62,323 nucleotides of DNA from an uncultured bacterium (GTDB lineage: Bacteria > Patescibacteriota > Andersenbacteria > UBA10190 > CAIZMI01): positions 1 to 62,323 of the forward strand of contig CAIZMI010000022.1 in the NCBI GenBank assembly GCA_903934015.1, read 5' to 3'. Below the pieces are notes generated by a model. It worked only from the letters and a program-made list of their open reading frames with translations, was not told where the DNA came from and ran no database searches. Shown one piece after another: positions 16,748 to 27,284 of the stretch. The first letter of the stretch is position 1. Each line of letters starts with the position of its first letter. A program made the position numbers and the translations under genes.

Positions 16748-18778
16748 ATGCGCATAATAAATTTGGTAAAGAATAATAGGGGGGTGCTGTTGGAGGCACT
16801 GATTATTTTGATAGTGGCACTTGTGCCAAGACTTTATGGTATCGGTCTTTTTCTTACGGCTGATGAGAAAAATTGGGTTAATCGGTCGGCGGAATTTATT
16901 AAGGCGTGGCGACATTTGCGGATCAACGATACGCTTCAAACAACGCATCCTGGTATAACCGTTTTGTGGGTTTCGGGTTTGGCTGTTTATACTGCTCAAC
17001 TTGTTTACCAGACGGTTTTTAACATGAACGATATTTTGAAGTTTGCCGCTTTTGCGCAAGTACCGATGGCGGTTATTAATTCTTTGCTGGTCGTCGCAAT
17101 TTTTATTGTTTTAAGAAAATTGTTACCGCGCAGTTTGGCGTTTATCGCGGGATTGGCGCTCGCGCTGGATCCATATCTGATCGGATTTAGTAAGATTGTG
17201 CATGTTGATGCTTTTTTGACCGGTTTTTTGGCGGTGGCAGTCCTTTTGCTGATTTTATATGATAAAAATAAGTCTAAAAAGATTTATTGGTTATCGGCTT
17301 TTTTCGCAGGGTTGGCTATTCTTACAAAAATACCCGCGATTGCGGTTTTGCCGTTTGCCGGTATTTTATTTGCTTTTCGTAACGATATATTAACCAAACA
17401 CATATTTTGGAAACAACTTAAATTGTATGGCGGGTGGTTGGTCATTGTGGCGGTAGTGGTGGCGCTTTTTTGGCCTTCGCTTTTATGGGTGTCGCGCCCA
17501 TTGGATAATATCAGTCAAGTTGGAAAAGATATGAAAGTGGCAACCTTGCAACCGCATGATATGGATGAACCATATTCCATGGAGGCTTGGCATTATCCGG
17601 CGACATTATTAACAAGATCTACTATTTCTGTGGTATTAGGTTTTGTTGTGCTTGTGTCGATGTTGTGTTTCAGGAAAACTCGGGAGAAAATATTTCAGAT
17701 TGCGAATTGGCGTGTTTTATTTTTTCTTAGTTTATTTGTTCTGATTTTTATGGTGGAAATGACAATTGGCGCCAAGAAAGGTGATCGATATGTGTTGCCC
17801 GTTTTTCCGGCGATAACAATTCTTGGTTGCGTCGGTATTTATGGCGCAGTAGCAGTGTTGAACAGGAATAGATTATCAAAAAATACGCAAAATGCGGTGG
17901 TCGCGGTATTAATTTTAGCATCCGCCGTTGTTGCATTAATTAAATTAGGGCCGTATGAATTGGCTTATTATAATCCGTTGTTTCCGCCAAACATGAGTCA
18001 GGAATTGGGTTGGGGGGAAGGTTTTGATAAGGTCGCAAAATTTCTGGACGCGCAACCGGATAAAAATTATGTCGCGTCATGGTATCCGGATGAACTTGGT
18101 GCTTTGACAAAAAAGACCGTTTTGACGATTAGTGCCTATCAGGAGAATAGAATGGGTTATGTTGTTTTGTATCGCAATATGTTTGGGCGCAACCCGGATC
18201 ATTGGGCAAATGACTTTTTGGATGAGTATTATAAAAAGCGGAAGCCTATTTTTACCGCTTATGTTAATGGTTTAGAGTATGCTTGGGTTTATCGTCAGCC
18301 GGTAGTTACGGCAATAGTTGGAGAAATACTGCCTAAACAAACTCTTGTACTACAAAAGAAAATGAATGCCGATAATTTGTCGGCAATAAGTTTTGCCGTG
18401 GCAACATATAGCGGAAAAGCGAAAGCGGGAACAATGACGGTGCATGTTCGAGAACAATTAGACGGACAGGATCTTCGAGCGGTTACTGTGCCTGTTACAC
18501 AATTGCAGGATGGCGGATTAACAAAGTTCAAATTTGAACCGTTAGCAGATATTTTAGGTAAAGATTTGTATTTTATTGTTACAACAGATGGTACATTTCC
18601 CACAAATGCTCCTACTTTAAGGGTAGCTAAAGATGAACCGAATTTTACTTATGCATTAGTAAAAGATGGCCCACTTTCAAAAAAGGCGTTGATTGATAGT
18701 ACGCACCCGGGTTGGATTGGTGTCGATTGGTATTTTATTCGAGATGGTAAGGAATTATCGCAATTAGAAGTAAAATGA
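16748..18778 (+). CDS. GT-C (ArnT/PMT-like) membrane glycosyltransferase candidate
   Basis: 676 aa. The first loop is LTADEKNW, multiple TMs follow, and there is a C-terminal soluble domain. Confidence 0.7.
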   Translation: MRIINLVKNNRGVLLEALIILIVALVPRLYGIGLFLTADEKNWVNRSAEFIKAWRHLRINDTLQTTHPGITVLWVSGLAVYTAQLVYQTVFNMNDILKFAAFAQVPMAVINSLLVVAIFIVLRKLLPRSLAFIAGLALALDPYLIGFSKIVHVDAFLTGFLAVAVLLLILYDKNKSKKIYWLSAFFAGLAILTKIPAIAVLPFAGILFAFRNDILTKHIFWKQLKLYGGWLVIVAVVVALFWPSLLWVSRPLDNISQVGKDMKVATLQPHDMDEPYSMEAWHYPATLLTRSTISVVLGFVVLVSMLCFRKTREKIFQIANWRVLFFLSLFVLIFMVEMTIGAKKGDRYVLPVFPAITILGCVGIYGAVAVLNRNRLSKNTQNAVVAVLILASAVVALIKLGPYELAYYNPLFPPNMSQELGWGEGFDKVAKFLDAQPDKNYVASWYPDELGALTKKTVLTISAYQENRMGYVVLYRNMFGRNPDHWANDFLDEYYKKRKPIFTAYVNGLEYAWVYRQPVVTAIVGEILPKQTLVLQKKMNADNLSAISFAVATYSGKAKAGTMTVHVREQLDGQDLRAVTVPVTQLQDGGLTKFKFEPLADILGKDLYFIVTTDGTFPTNAPTLRVAKDEPNFTYALVKDGPLSKKALIDSTHPGWIGVDWYFIRDGKELSQLEVK

Positions 18779-20790
18779 TGTGCAAAAAACGGATTTTACT
18801 TGGTGTGTTGCCGTTGCTGTTATTTATCGCGGTTGCTTGCGTTTGGTTTTTTCCGGTCTTACAGCATTTTAGCACTTCAGTTGCGGGTATTGGTGGCGAT
18901 CCTTATCAAACTCTTTGGCGGTTTAATCGTTTGGGTGAAACAGTTAAACAAGGATCAATTTTTGTGTCTGATGAAAAGACACTTCCGAACTTGGCACCGC
19001 TTCCTTGGTTGCCGGTCTACTATTTGTTTGGGGATGTTGTTGCCTACAATACGGCGTGGATTACGTCCGTAATCTTGGCGGGATATCTGGGGTATGTTTT
19101 AGCAAGAGCCGGGGGAGCACAGTTTTGGCCGGCGCTTGTTGCGGGCTTATTAATCGAACTTGCACCATATCGCATCGCGCAGTCGTTGGGTCATTTTGGG
19201 GCGATGCAGTTTTGGAGTTTGCTGGCTGTTTTGGTCTGTTTGACGGTTTGGTACCAAAAAAACAATCTCTGGTATTTCTTTCTTGGAATGGTTTTTTCCA
19301 TATGGACGGCGTGGACTGATCATCAATTGTTTGTAATTTTAATGTTAATCATCGCAGTAATTGCGCTGGTTTATTGGAAAGAGATTGTTCGAATCAGAAA
19401 AAAAATTCCGGTATTTGCGACAATATTTTTTGTTACAATCCTCATTGCTGTTTTGCCATTTTTCGGATCAATCATTCATGTTTCAAAAAGCGATGGAAAT
19501 TTTAATCTTGGTGATACACAGCGGGAAACATATTCCGCAACTCTGCGATCATTGCTTTTGCCGGCACCTTTTTCCTTAATTGGGGCGAAAGTTTATAGTG
19601 CAAATCTGGCAACTGATAATGTGCAAACAATTGGTTTTGTTTTGCCAGTTATTGCCCTGGTTGCTTTCTTGGTAACTATAAAAAAGAAGAAGGATTTATT
19701 ATTCGTGATTCTTATCTTGTCGGGAATCATTCTTTCTCTTGGTGCGACATTAAGAGTCAAAGGATTTGATTTGTGGTTGCCGGGGGAGTTTATTTTCCGG
19801 CTACCCGTTCTTTCGGCCATTCGTACTGTAGGGCGCTTTGTTGTTTTGCCTGTGATTTTTTTACCCATTTATTTTGCAATCAAGTGGAATGTAAAAAAGA
19901 ATATCTATTTGTTTCCGTTGATCGCTTTATGTTTAGTTGAAATAATTCCTATTACTGGTTTCCCGGTAATGGCGATAGATCACGTGGTTTCAAAAGAAGT
20001 GGCTAGCTATTTGGAAAATGGGGCAATATTGGCTATTCCGGCTTATACGAATTATCGGTATGGCTCTGAACAGCTATATTATTCATTAGATTATAAGAAG
20101 TCGGTGGTGGGAAATTCTGCTTTGCTAAGAATTATCGATCCGAAATCATTGGAAGTATTTTTGGCAACACCGATCATTCGCGATTTGGTTTTACTTCGAC
20201 TTTCGGATTTTGATTTACCAACTATTTTTGGTCAACAAAATAAAGATATCGTTAATTTGGCTTTCACCTCTCAGGGAATAACGAATGTGATTTTTGAAAC
20301 AAATCCGCAAGGCGGGGTAGTCTCACTTGAAGGGAATAAGCAAACGATTCTGGATCAAACACAGGTTGTAAAAGTCCAAACATATCTGCGAGATATTTTG
20401 GGGTTGCGTGAAAATAAAGTAGGGGAGAGTACTTTTGTGTATAGTATTTCTGGAAACAAATCTACAGATGCGCATTACTATGTAATGGAAGGAAGGGGTT
20501 GGCAGATCAAGAAGAAGACAGCAGATCGGAGCGTAATTGAATTACAAAAAAGCGCGCAATTTTATGTGTACGCTTCGGAAAAAGGAGTGATTAATTTGAA
20601 TATGAACGTAATTGATGTGGCTTCAAATAATCATCTTGTATTAAGGAGCGAAAAGGGGGAAAGAAATATTTCTCTTGTGGACGGCCAGAAAATAAATATG
20701 GAACTGGAAACGGAGGCTGGCAAGTTGATTAAATACACCATAGAACTTGACAGAAACCCAATTTTGGTGGAGAATCCACGGATTCAATAG
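18775..20790 (+). CDS. Large polytopic membrane protein, possible third GT-C-type transferase
   Basis: 671 aa with many TM segments, a GGDPYQTLW loop after TM1, and ATGA overlap with the upstream gene. Confidence 0.6.
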   Translation: MMCKKRILLGVLPLLLFIAVACVWFFPVLQHFSTSVAGIGGDPYQTLWRFNRLGETVKQGSIFVSDEKTLPNLAPLPWLPVYYLFGDVVAYNTAWITSVILAGYLGYVLARAGGAQFWPALVAGLLIELAPYRIAQSLGHFGAMQFWSLLAVLVCLTVWYQKNNLWYFFLGMVFSIWTAWTDHQLFVILMLIIAVIALVYWKEIVRIRKKIPVFATIFFVTILIAVLPFFGSIIHVSKSDGNFNLGDTQRETYSATLRSLLLPAPFSLIGAKVYSANLATDNVQTIGFVLPVIALVAFLVTIKKKKDLLFVILILSGIILSLGATLRVKGFDLWLPGEFIFRLPVLSAIRTVGRFVVLPVIFLPIYFAIKWNVKKNIYLFPLIALCLVEIIPITGFPVMAIDHVVSKEVASYLENGAILAIPAYTNYRYGSEQLYYSLDYKKSVVGNSALLRIIDPKSLEVFLATPIIRDLVLLRLSDFDLPTIFGQQNKDIVNLAFTSQGITNVIFETNPQGGVVSLEGNKQTILDQTQVVKVQTYLRDILGLRENKVGESTFVYSISGNKSTDAHYYVMEGRGWQIKKKTADRSVIELQKSAQFYVYASEKGVINLNMNVIDVASNNHLVLRSEKGERNISLVDGQKINMELETEAGKLIKYTIELDRNPILVENPRIQ

Positions 20791-20793
20791 ATT

Positions 20794-21942
20794 ATGAAAA
20801 TACTTCTTATTAACTACGAATATCCCCCTCTTGGAGGTGGTGGGAGCATTGAGGCACAGGATTTGGCTGAACAATTAGCTAAAACCCATGAGGTTTTCGT
20901 GTTGACTACCGGCTTTCATAATTTGTCGCGTAAAGAAACACGAAACGGGGTAAAAATCTACCGTGTTCCAGTTTTTGGAAGAATGGATTTGCCGACGGCT
21001 TCAACCATTTCTCTGGTTTCATTTTTTCCATCCGCCCTTATTTATGGTCTATTTTTAGTGCCTAAAATTAGACCCAGTGTTATCAATGCTCACTTTGCTG
21101 TTCCATCCGGATTACCGGCGGCTTTCTTGGCAAAAATTTATAAAATCCCTTTTGTTTTGACGTTAATCGGAGGAGATATTTACGATCCAAGTAAGGGAAT
21201 TTCACCACATCGTCACGGTCTTTTGCGATTTATCATAAGACGGATTATGCGTTGCGCTGATAAAATCACCGCCATTTCTCACGATACGAAAGAAAGGGCG
21301 ATTCGTTACTATCAAGCCCCCGAGGGGATTGAGGTGATTCCGCTTGGTTTGGTGCCACCGACGAGTATATTGGGTACGGGGGATAGAGTGAAGGATGAAA
21401 GTGGTAAGACGCACTTCGTCTCAATTGGTCGGCTGGTGGCACGAAAAGGGTATTTTGATTTGTTCCGCGCGTTTGCTTCCATGGAAAACAAGAACACAAA
21501 TTTGCACGTGATTGGTGATGGTCCGCTGTTACCGGAATTGCGCATGGAGATTAGTAAACTCGGAGTTACAGATCGAATTGAAATGCATGGACGCGCGACG
21601 GAAGAACAGAAATATCAGATATTGAAACAATCCGACGTCTATGTGTCTGCATCGCATCATGAAGGTTTTGGGATTTGTTTTCTTGAGGCAATGTATTCTG
21701 GATTACCGATTATCACAACAAATATTGGCGGACATACAGATTTTCTTATTCCGGGAAAAAACGCAATGCTGGTTAATGTTGGCGATATCAATAAGTTGTC
21801 CAAAGCGATGGATCAGTTAGTTGTTGATCTGGCGATGAGGAAAACTATTGGTGAGGCAAACAAAAAAGATGTGGAAAATTTTCTGATTGAAAACACAACG
21901 AAACGGTATGAATTAATTTTTCAAGAATTAAATAACCATTAA
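20794..21942 (+). CDS. GT4-family glycosyltransferase
   Basis: YEYPPLGGGGS N-terminus and HHEGFGICFLEAMYSGLPIITT E-x7-E region. Confidence 0.85.
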   Translation: MKILLINYEYPPLGGGGSIEAQDLAEQLAKTHEVFVLTTGFHNLSRKETRNGVKIYRVPVFGRMDLPTASTISLVSFFPSALIYGLFLVPKIRPSVINAHFAVPSGLPAAFLAKIYKIPFVLTLIGGDIYDPSKGISPHRHGLLRFIIRRIMRCADKITAISHDTKERAIRYYQAPEGIEVIPLGLVPPTSILGTGDRVKDESGKTHFVSIGRLVARKGYFDLFRAFASMENKNTNLHVIGDGPLLPELRMEISKLGVTDRIEMHGRATEEQKYQILKQSDVYVSASHHEGFGICFLEAMYSGLPIITTNIGGHTDFLIPGKNAMLVNVGDINKLSKAMDQLVVDLAMRKTIGEANKKDVENFLIENTTKRYELIFQELNNH

Positions 21943-21944
21943 AA

Positions 21945-23051
21945 ATGGCGCGTATTGCCCTTGAGGCCCGTTCATTGTCGACCCTCGGCGGTGGTGTGCG
22001 TACATACACAAAAGAAGTTATTAGTCGTATTTTGAAAAGTGGGGGCGAAAACGAATATATTGTTTATCATGACAACAATAAAAATGTCGGTGGTTTTGGT
22101 CCGGCAAAAGAAAAGGTGGTTCCAGTTGGACACCCGTTGTTTCGTATTGGTTGGGATTACTTTTTGTTACCAGGGGCATTAAAGAGGGACAAAATTGATT
22201 TTATTCATTATTTTAAACCGGCGACTACGCCGTTTAAAAAGCCTACGGCAATTGCGACAATGTACGACGTTATTCCGTTGCTTTATCCGGAAACACAAAC
22301 GGCAATTCAGTTGGCTTATTGGCGCAAGCAGTTACCGCTTGTGGCGAAAACATGCGCACACTTGATTACAATTTCCGAATGTTCAAAACGCGACATTGTG
22401 AGACTTTTGCAGGTCGATCCGGCAAAAATAACAGTTACGTCACTCGGCGTAGATGCTAAGTTTAAACAGGCCTCTGAAAACGAAAAAACAATGGTACGTG
22501 AAAAATATAAACTTCCAGAAATTTATATTTTGTATGTTGGTACGATAGAACCGCGAAAAAATATTGCGCGGTTGATTCGCTCTTATAATAAAGTTGCCTC
22601 AAAAATACCGCATAGTTTGTTGCTCGTCGGTAAGTGGGGGTGGGGTTTTGAAGACGTCAAAGATGAAATTGCCAAATCTCCGTTTCGCGACCGAATTATT
22701 AGTTTGTCTTATGTTGAATCAGAATATTTACCTGTAATTTACAGTTTAGCAACCTTATTTGTTTTTCCGAGTTTGTATGAAGGGTATGGCTTACCGCCGT
22801 TAGAGGCGATGGCGTGCGGAACCCCCGTAATCACTTCGAATGTTTCCAGTTTGCCGGAAGTGGTGGGCGATGCCGCGATAACAATCAATCCCCTAGACGA
22901 AGATTCTTTAGCGCGGGAGATGGAAAGATTAGCGTTGGATATTGTTTTACAAAGCCAGTTAAGAGAAAAGGGCTTAGTCAGAGCGGCGCAATACAATTGG
23001 GACAAAACAACAGAGCAGACCCTTGCGGTGTATAAGAAAATTTTCGTGTAA
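21945..23051 (+). CDS. GT4-family glycosyltransferase (mannosyltransferase-like)
   Basis: YEGYGLPPLEAMACGTPVITSNVSSLPEV motif, 368 aa. Confidence 0.85.
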   Translation: MARIALEARSLSTLGGGVRTYTKEVISRILKSGGENEYIVYHDNNKNVGGFGPAKEKVVPVGHPLFRIGWDYFLLPGALKRDKIDFIHYFKPATTPFKKPTAIATMYDVIPLLYPETQTAIQLAYWRKQLPLVAKTCAHLITISECSKRDIVRLLQVDPAKITVTSLGVDAKFKQASENEKTMVREKYKLPEIYILYVGTIEPRKNIARLIRSYNKVASKIPHSLLLVGKWGWGFEDVKDEIAKSPFRDRIISLSYVESEYLPVIYSLATLFVFPSLYEGYGLPPLEAMACGTPVITSNVSSLPEVVGDAAITINPLDEDSLAREMERLALDIVLQSQLREKGLVRAAQYNWDKTTEQTLAVYKKIFV

Positions 23052-23097
23052 GGGAAAGATTCTTGGAATCGCCCCATCGCGTGGTAAACTCAATTAT

Positions 23098-24300
23098 ATG
23101 AAAATTGCCTTCCTTTCCTCGCATTTTCCTCCGGAGTTTATTGGTGGCGGGGAATGGTCCACAAAATACATTGCGGAGGGGATGGTTTCTCTTGGTCATG
23201 AAGTGACGGTAGTTTGTGGTGCTAAAGAAGATAGAATAGAAATCATTAACGGCGTGACAATTAAGCGCGTAAAAGCCTTGCTTGGTCTTTGGGAAAAACC
23301 ACTTTTTGAAAATTGTAAAAGCACAAAACTATCTAAAGTATTACAGCGAGAATTGTCAGAAAAATTTGATATTGTTCATGCGCATGATTTTCGCACTGCG
23401 CAGGCGTTAGCAAAATTACATTTGCCAAACACGTTTGTTACTGTTCGTGATTTCGCCCCGATTTGCGGAACAACGAATAATATGTGGTCTGATGGAAAGT
23501 CTTGCGATGGCTGTACGTTGGCGAACGTTTGCTTGCGTTGTCACCGAGTTTGCGAGGCTTCAATCGCGCGCAAGCCATTTCGAATTTGGCAATATAAATA
23601 TAACCTCGGTTTTCGCAATGAAACCTATCAAGCGTTTAAAAACCAGGTGTATATCAGCGAGGCTTTACGACAACGCGTGTCATCGCGTCTAAAATTGCCA
23701 CAAAATACAACTGTCATCCCAAATCCGATTAGTCCTGATTGGTTAACGCCGATTAAACCGATTGCAGGGAAGAAAATCGTTTATGCCGGGACAGTAGAGG
23801 ATTATAAAGGTATTAAAGTTCTGATTGATGCTTTCGCAAGACTACAGACAAGAGAAAAAGACGTCGAGCTCGTAATCATCGGAAAAGGAAAAATTGAGCA
23901 ATACAAAAAAAATATCACTGAAAATTGTATCGATATATCGATACAATTCGTTGGTAAAAAAACACAAGAAGAAGTGAAACAATATTTTGATGATGCGATG
24001 GTTGTTGTTCAGCCAAGTATTTGGGAAGAACCGTTTGGTCGAACGATTATCGAGGCTTACGCGCGTGGTCGTGCGGTTGTAGCCTCGGATATTGGAGGAA
24101 TAAAGGAAACATTTAAAGAGGGAACGGGGTATTTGGTTAAACCAGGCAGTGTCGATGAATTATCTGTTGCATTAAAAAAAGTTATAGAAAACAAGAAAGA
24201 AGCCCAAAGGATGGGTGAAAATGGGAGGGCGCACGTAGAGCAAAATTTTACCGCGCAAATTATTGCGCAGAAATATGTTGAATTTCATGGTGGTATTTAG
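23098..24300 (+). CDS. GT4-family glycosyltransferase with internal Cys cluster
   Basis: MKIAFLSSHFPPEFIGGGEW N-terminus, so the start is moved from 23023 to the ATG at 23098. WEEPFGRTIIEAYARGRAVVASDIGG motif. Cysteine cluster CDGCTLANVCLRCHRVC. Confidence 0.8.
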   Translation: MKIAFLSSHFPPEFIGGGEWSTKYIAEGMVSLGHEVTVVCGAKEDRIEIINGVTIKRVKALLGLWEKPLFENCKSTKLSKVLQRELSEKFDIVHAHDFRTAQALAKLHLPNTFVTVRDFAPICGTTNNMWSDGKSCDGCTLANVCLRCHRVCEASIARKPFRIWQYKYNLGFRNETYQAFKNQVYISEALRQRVSSRLKLPQNTTVIPNPISPDWLTPIKPIAGKKIVYAGTVEDYKGIKVLIDAFARLQTREKDVELVIIGKGKIEQYKKNITENCIDISIQFVGKKTQEEVKQYFDDAMVVVQPSIWEEPFGRTIIEAYARGRAVVASDIGGIKETFKEGTGYLVKPGSVDELSVALKKVIENKKEAQRMGENGRAHVEQNFTAQIIAQKYVEFHGGI

Positions 24301-24751
24301 AGACGCCGATAAGAATATTGTCGAATATGATGGATCTCCGATTTTGTTTCGTGTGTCAGTTTACGCAGTTGTTGTTAGGGAAGGCAGTGTTTTAATTATC
24401 AAAAATAGGACTGAAAGGCTATTCGATATTCCTGGTGGGGGCGTTGAAATTGGAGAAACGATCAAAGATGCGTTAAAGCGTGAAGCACTCGAGGAGGCTG
24501 GTGCAGTTGTTGAGCCCAGGAATTTAGTTGATATAAATGAAAGTTATTTTTACAGCAGATCACAGGATAAGTATTTCCAATCAATTCAACTATTTTATAA
24601 AGCAGATTTGATCGGAGAATTGGGCCAACCAATCGAGGCGGATAATATTGAAAACAAATTTGTTAACTTGGTTGATTTGGAAAATTATCCCTTAGCTGAG
24701 GAAGTTATCAGAGTTATTAAAAAAATTACCGATCCGCTTTTTCCAGCATAA
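24275..24751 (+). CDS. NUDIX hydrolase
   Basis: Nudix box GGGVEIGETIKDALKREALEEAG. The start is uncertain (TTG 24263, ATG 24275 or ATG 24287). Confidence 0.8.
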   Translation: MLNFMVVFRDADKNIVEYDGSPILFRVSVYAVVVREGSVLIIKNRTERLFDIPGGGVEIGETIKDALKREALEEAGAVVEPRNLVDINESYFYSRSQDKYFQSIQLFYKADLIGELGQPIEADNIENKFVNLVDLENYPLAEEVIRVIKKITDPLFPA

Positions 24752-26117
24752 AGAATCTTGAGAGGGCGGGAACGTTTTCGTGTGACACAGTAGCGATTAT
24801 TTCATCGCCGTTTTGGATTACTTCCGCCTTGCTATCACTGATGTTTGTGCTAATAAGACTTTCGATAATGTGGCCGTTTCTTGGGTCTAGTTCAGCAATT
24901 TTTAGTGTATCTTTTTCAAAGAAAAGTATTTGGTGAGACCCTGCGTACCAAGCCGGCTTGCGTATCGGTGAAGAGAGGCGAGCGATTAATTCCGGTACAA
25001 ACGGGTTTAAAAGAGTTCTTTTTTCATGCAAATTCATAATCCATAAATCAAATTCCGATTCTTGCCAACTAATTTTATCTCCTTCCGGTGACCAATTGAT
25101 ATTATCCGCATGCTCAGTTATTTCGTGCCATGAGTGATCTGTATTATCCCAAATCATCAACTTTTGTGTTGGTTGTACTAAAATGGCGATATCTCCCGAT
25201 GAGGAGAGAAAAATATCGTTTATTGGGAATTTAGCGAGCGAGGGGACACTAATTTGATCTTGTTCGTTGCCACTTAATGAAAAAGTACGAATGTTGTATT
25301 TTTCATCATTTTTTTCCAAAATGGCGAAACTATTCGTGTTAAAACTGATTGCTTCCGTTTTCAAAGAAATAGTTTCCGTACCGGTTCCCTTTAATGGAGA
25401 AATAATTGTTTTATTTGATTTAAGTTTTACCAGTTTTTCATCTGTCAATGTTGAAACCCACCCCATAATTTTTGATCCATCATTTACCAATTCGGTTGAA
25501 TTACCGTTGTTGATTTCTACAAGATAGTTCCTGGATGTTTTATTCATCGAAAGTTGAAGGATCAAATAGTCTTCATTTGGTGACCATAAAAAATTGACGG
25601 TTTCTTTGCTGTTAATAAGTACTTTCACATTAATTCCGGGGTCCGCGTATTTATTGAAGGAAACGATTTTGAGTTGATTACCATTCTTGGTTTTATCAAT
25701 TAAGCCAAGCCATTGTCTTTTTGGGGAAATCGAAAAATTGATGATATCGGTTCGCATAACATCTTCTTCGATAACGGCGGGAATGAGGCGAACATCTCGT
25801 ATGTCAGTAATTAAGGTTCCGGTGATGGGCAATTTTTTGTTCCATTGACGATAGCCATCTTTTTCAACGCGAAGATTGTATTGCCCCGGTAAAAGATTTT
25901 GGATTGATGAAGGTGTTTTATTTCCCAATAATTTTTCGTTTAGAAAAACTTCTGCGCCGTTGGGAACAGTACGAAGAAGAAAGGTGCCGACTGATACGGG
26001 GTTGGCTGAGTTTGTTGTGATGCGATGGCCCATGGAGTAACTAATAAGAAATGGAGCTATTGCTAAAAATGCAAACCAAGCCAAAATATTGACAATTAAA
26101 CGAGCGCGGGGTGTCAT
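24726..26117 (-). CDS. Membrane-anchored PEGA-domain protein with beta-propeller-like C-terminal region
   Basis: N-terminal TM (ILAWFAFLAIAPFLISY). PEGA-like segment (VPNGAEVFLNEKLLGNKTPSSIQNLLPGQYNLRVEKDGY). 463 aa. Confidence 0.75.
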   Translation of the reverse strand: MTPRARLIVNILAWFAFLAIAPFLISYSMGHRITTNSANPVSVGTFLLRTVPNGAEVFLNEKLLGNKTPSSIQNLLPGQYNLRVEKDGYRQWNKKLPITGTLITDIRDVRLIPAVIEEDVMRTDIINFSISPKRQWLGLIDKTKNGNQLKIVSFNKYADPGINVKVLINSKETVNFLWSPNEDYLILQLSMNKTSRNYLVEINNGNSTELVNDGSKIMGWVSTLTDEKLVKLKSNKTIISPLKGTGTETISLKTEAISFNTNSFAILEKNDEKYNIRTFSLSGNEQDQISVPSLAKFPINDIFLSSSGDIAILVQPTQKLMIWDNTDHSWHEITEHADNINWSPEGDKISWQESEFDLWIMNLHEKRTLLNPFVPELIARLSSPIRKPAWYAGSHQILFFEKDTLKIAELDPRNGHIIESLISTNISDSKAEVIQNGDEIIATVSHENVPALSRFFMLEKADR

Positions 26118-26271
26118 GAGTGTTTAACGGATTATAACTTGGTTGTAAGAAAAAATCCATTAAAATTTTGATCTGCCAAGGGTTATAATAAAATTGTATT
26201 TTTGTAGTATTCGTATAATTTTTTATCGATTGAAACTATTGGGCTTCAATGTTACATTAGTTTAACTTACT

Positions 26272-27282
26272 ATGTTCAACCGACGTATTGGAATTGATTT
26301 GGGAACGGCTAACACTTTGGTTTATGTGCCAAAGAGGGGAGTTGTGCTTTCTGAACCGACCGTTGTGGCTGTTTCCGTGGAAGATAATAGGATTTTGGCC
26401 ATTGGAAACGAAGCCAAAGAAATGCTTGGCAGAACACCTGAAAGTGTCATAACGTCACGTCCGTTACGTGATGGAGTAATTGCCGATTTTCGTGTTACAG
26501 AAGCCATGTTGCGGTATTTTATTGAAAGAGCGATGGGGCGAGGTATCAGTTTTTTTCGACCGGATGTGATGATCGCCGTTCCCGCCGGTATAACAAGTAC
26601 GGAAAGGCGTGCCGTTACCGAAGCGGCGTTGTCCGCTGGAGCTAAAAATGCCTATTTGGTGAAAGAACCACTCGCCGCGGCAATAGGAGCGGGTATTCCG
26701 ATTGGTGAGACTTCCGGCAACATGGTGATTGATATTGGTGGAGGAACTTCAGAGGTCGCGGTTATTTCTTTGGGAGGGATTGTCGCATCGCATTCCGCGC
26801 GGGTTGGTGGAAATAAAATTGATTTCGCGATCGCTGAATATATTCGAAAACGACACGGTTTATCGGTTGGAGAAAGAACGGCAGAAGACGTAAAAATCGC
26901 GATTGGTAGCGCGCTTCCCGTAGAAGAACAGAAAGAGTATGTAATCCGAGGTCGAGATGTAAGTAGTGGTTTGCCAAAAGAGGTTTCAATTTCCTCCTTT
27001 GAGGTAACGGAAGCTATCCAGGATGAATTAGAAAATATTACACAAGCCATAAAACTTGTTTTACAAGATACACCTCCTGAACTTTCCGCGGACGTGATTG
27101 ATAAGGGGATTGTTTTGTCGGGGGGAGGCGCGTTATTGCGAAATATGGATAAACTTGTCGCCAAGGTGACTTCTGTCCCTTGTTCAATTGCGGAAAATCC
27201 GTTGCAATGCGTGATTAAGGGTGTCGGAGTTGCCGTTGAGAATTTGGAAGTGTACAAAAAAAGCTTATTGGCAGCAAGATAG
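26272..27282 (+). CDS. mreB: Rod-shape actin homolog MreB (paralog 1)
   Basis: IGIDLGTANTLVY, VIDIGGGTSEVAVISLGG, VLSGGGALLRNMDK. Confidence 0.9.
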   Translation: MFNRRIGIDLGTANTLVYVPKRGVVLSEPTVVAVSVEDNRILAIGNEAKEMLGRTPESVITSRPLRDGVIADFRVTEAMLRYFIERAMGRGISFFRPDVMIAVPAGITSTERRAVTEAALSAGAKNAYLVKEPLAAAIGAGIPIGETSGNMVIDIGGGTSEVAVISLGGIVASHSARVGGNKIDFAIAEYIRKRHGLSVGERTAEDVKIAIGSALPVEEQKEYVIRGRDVSSGLPKEVSISSFEVTEAIQDELENITQAIKLVLQDTPPELSADVIDKGIVLSGGGALLRNMDKLVAKVTSVPCSIAENPLQCVIKGVGVAVENLEVYKKSLLAAR

Positions 27283-27284
27283 TT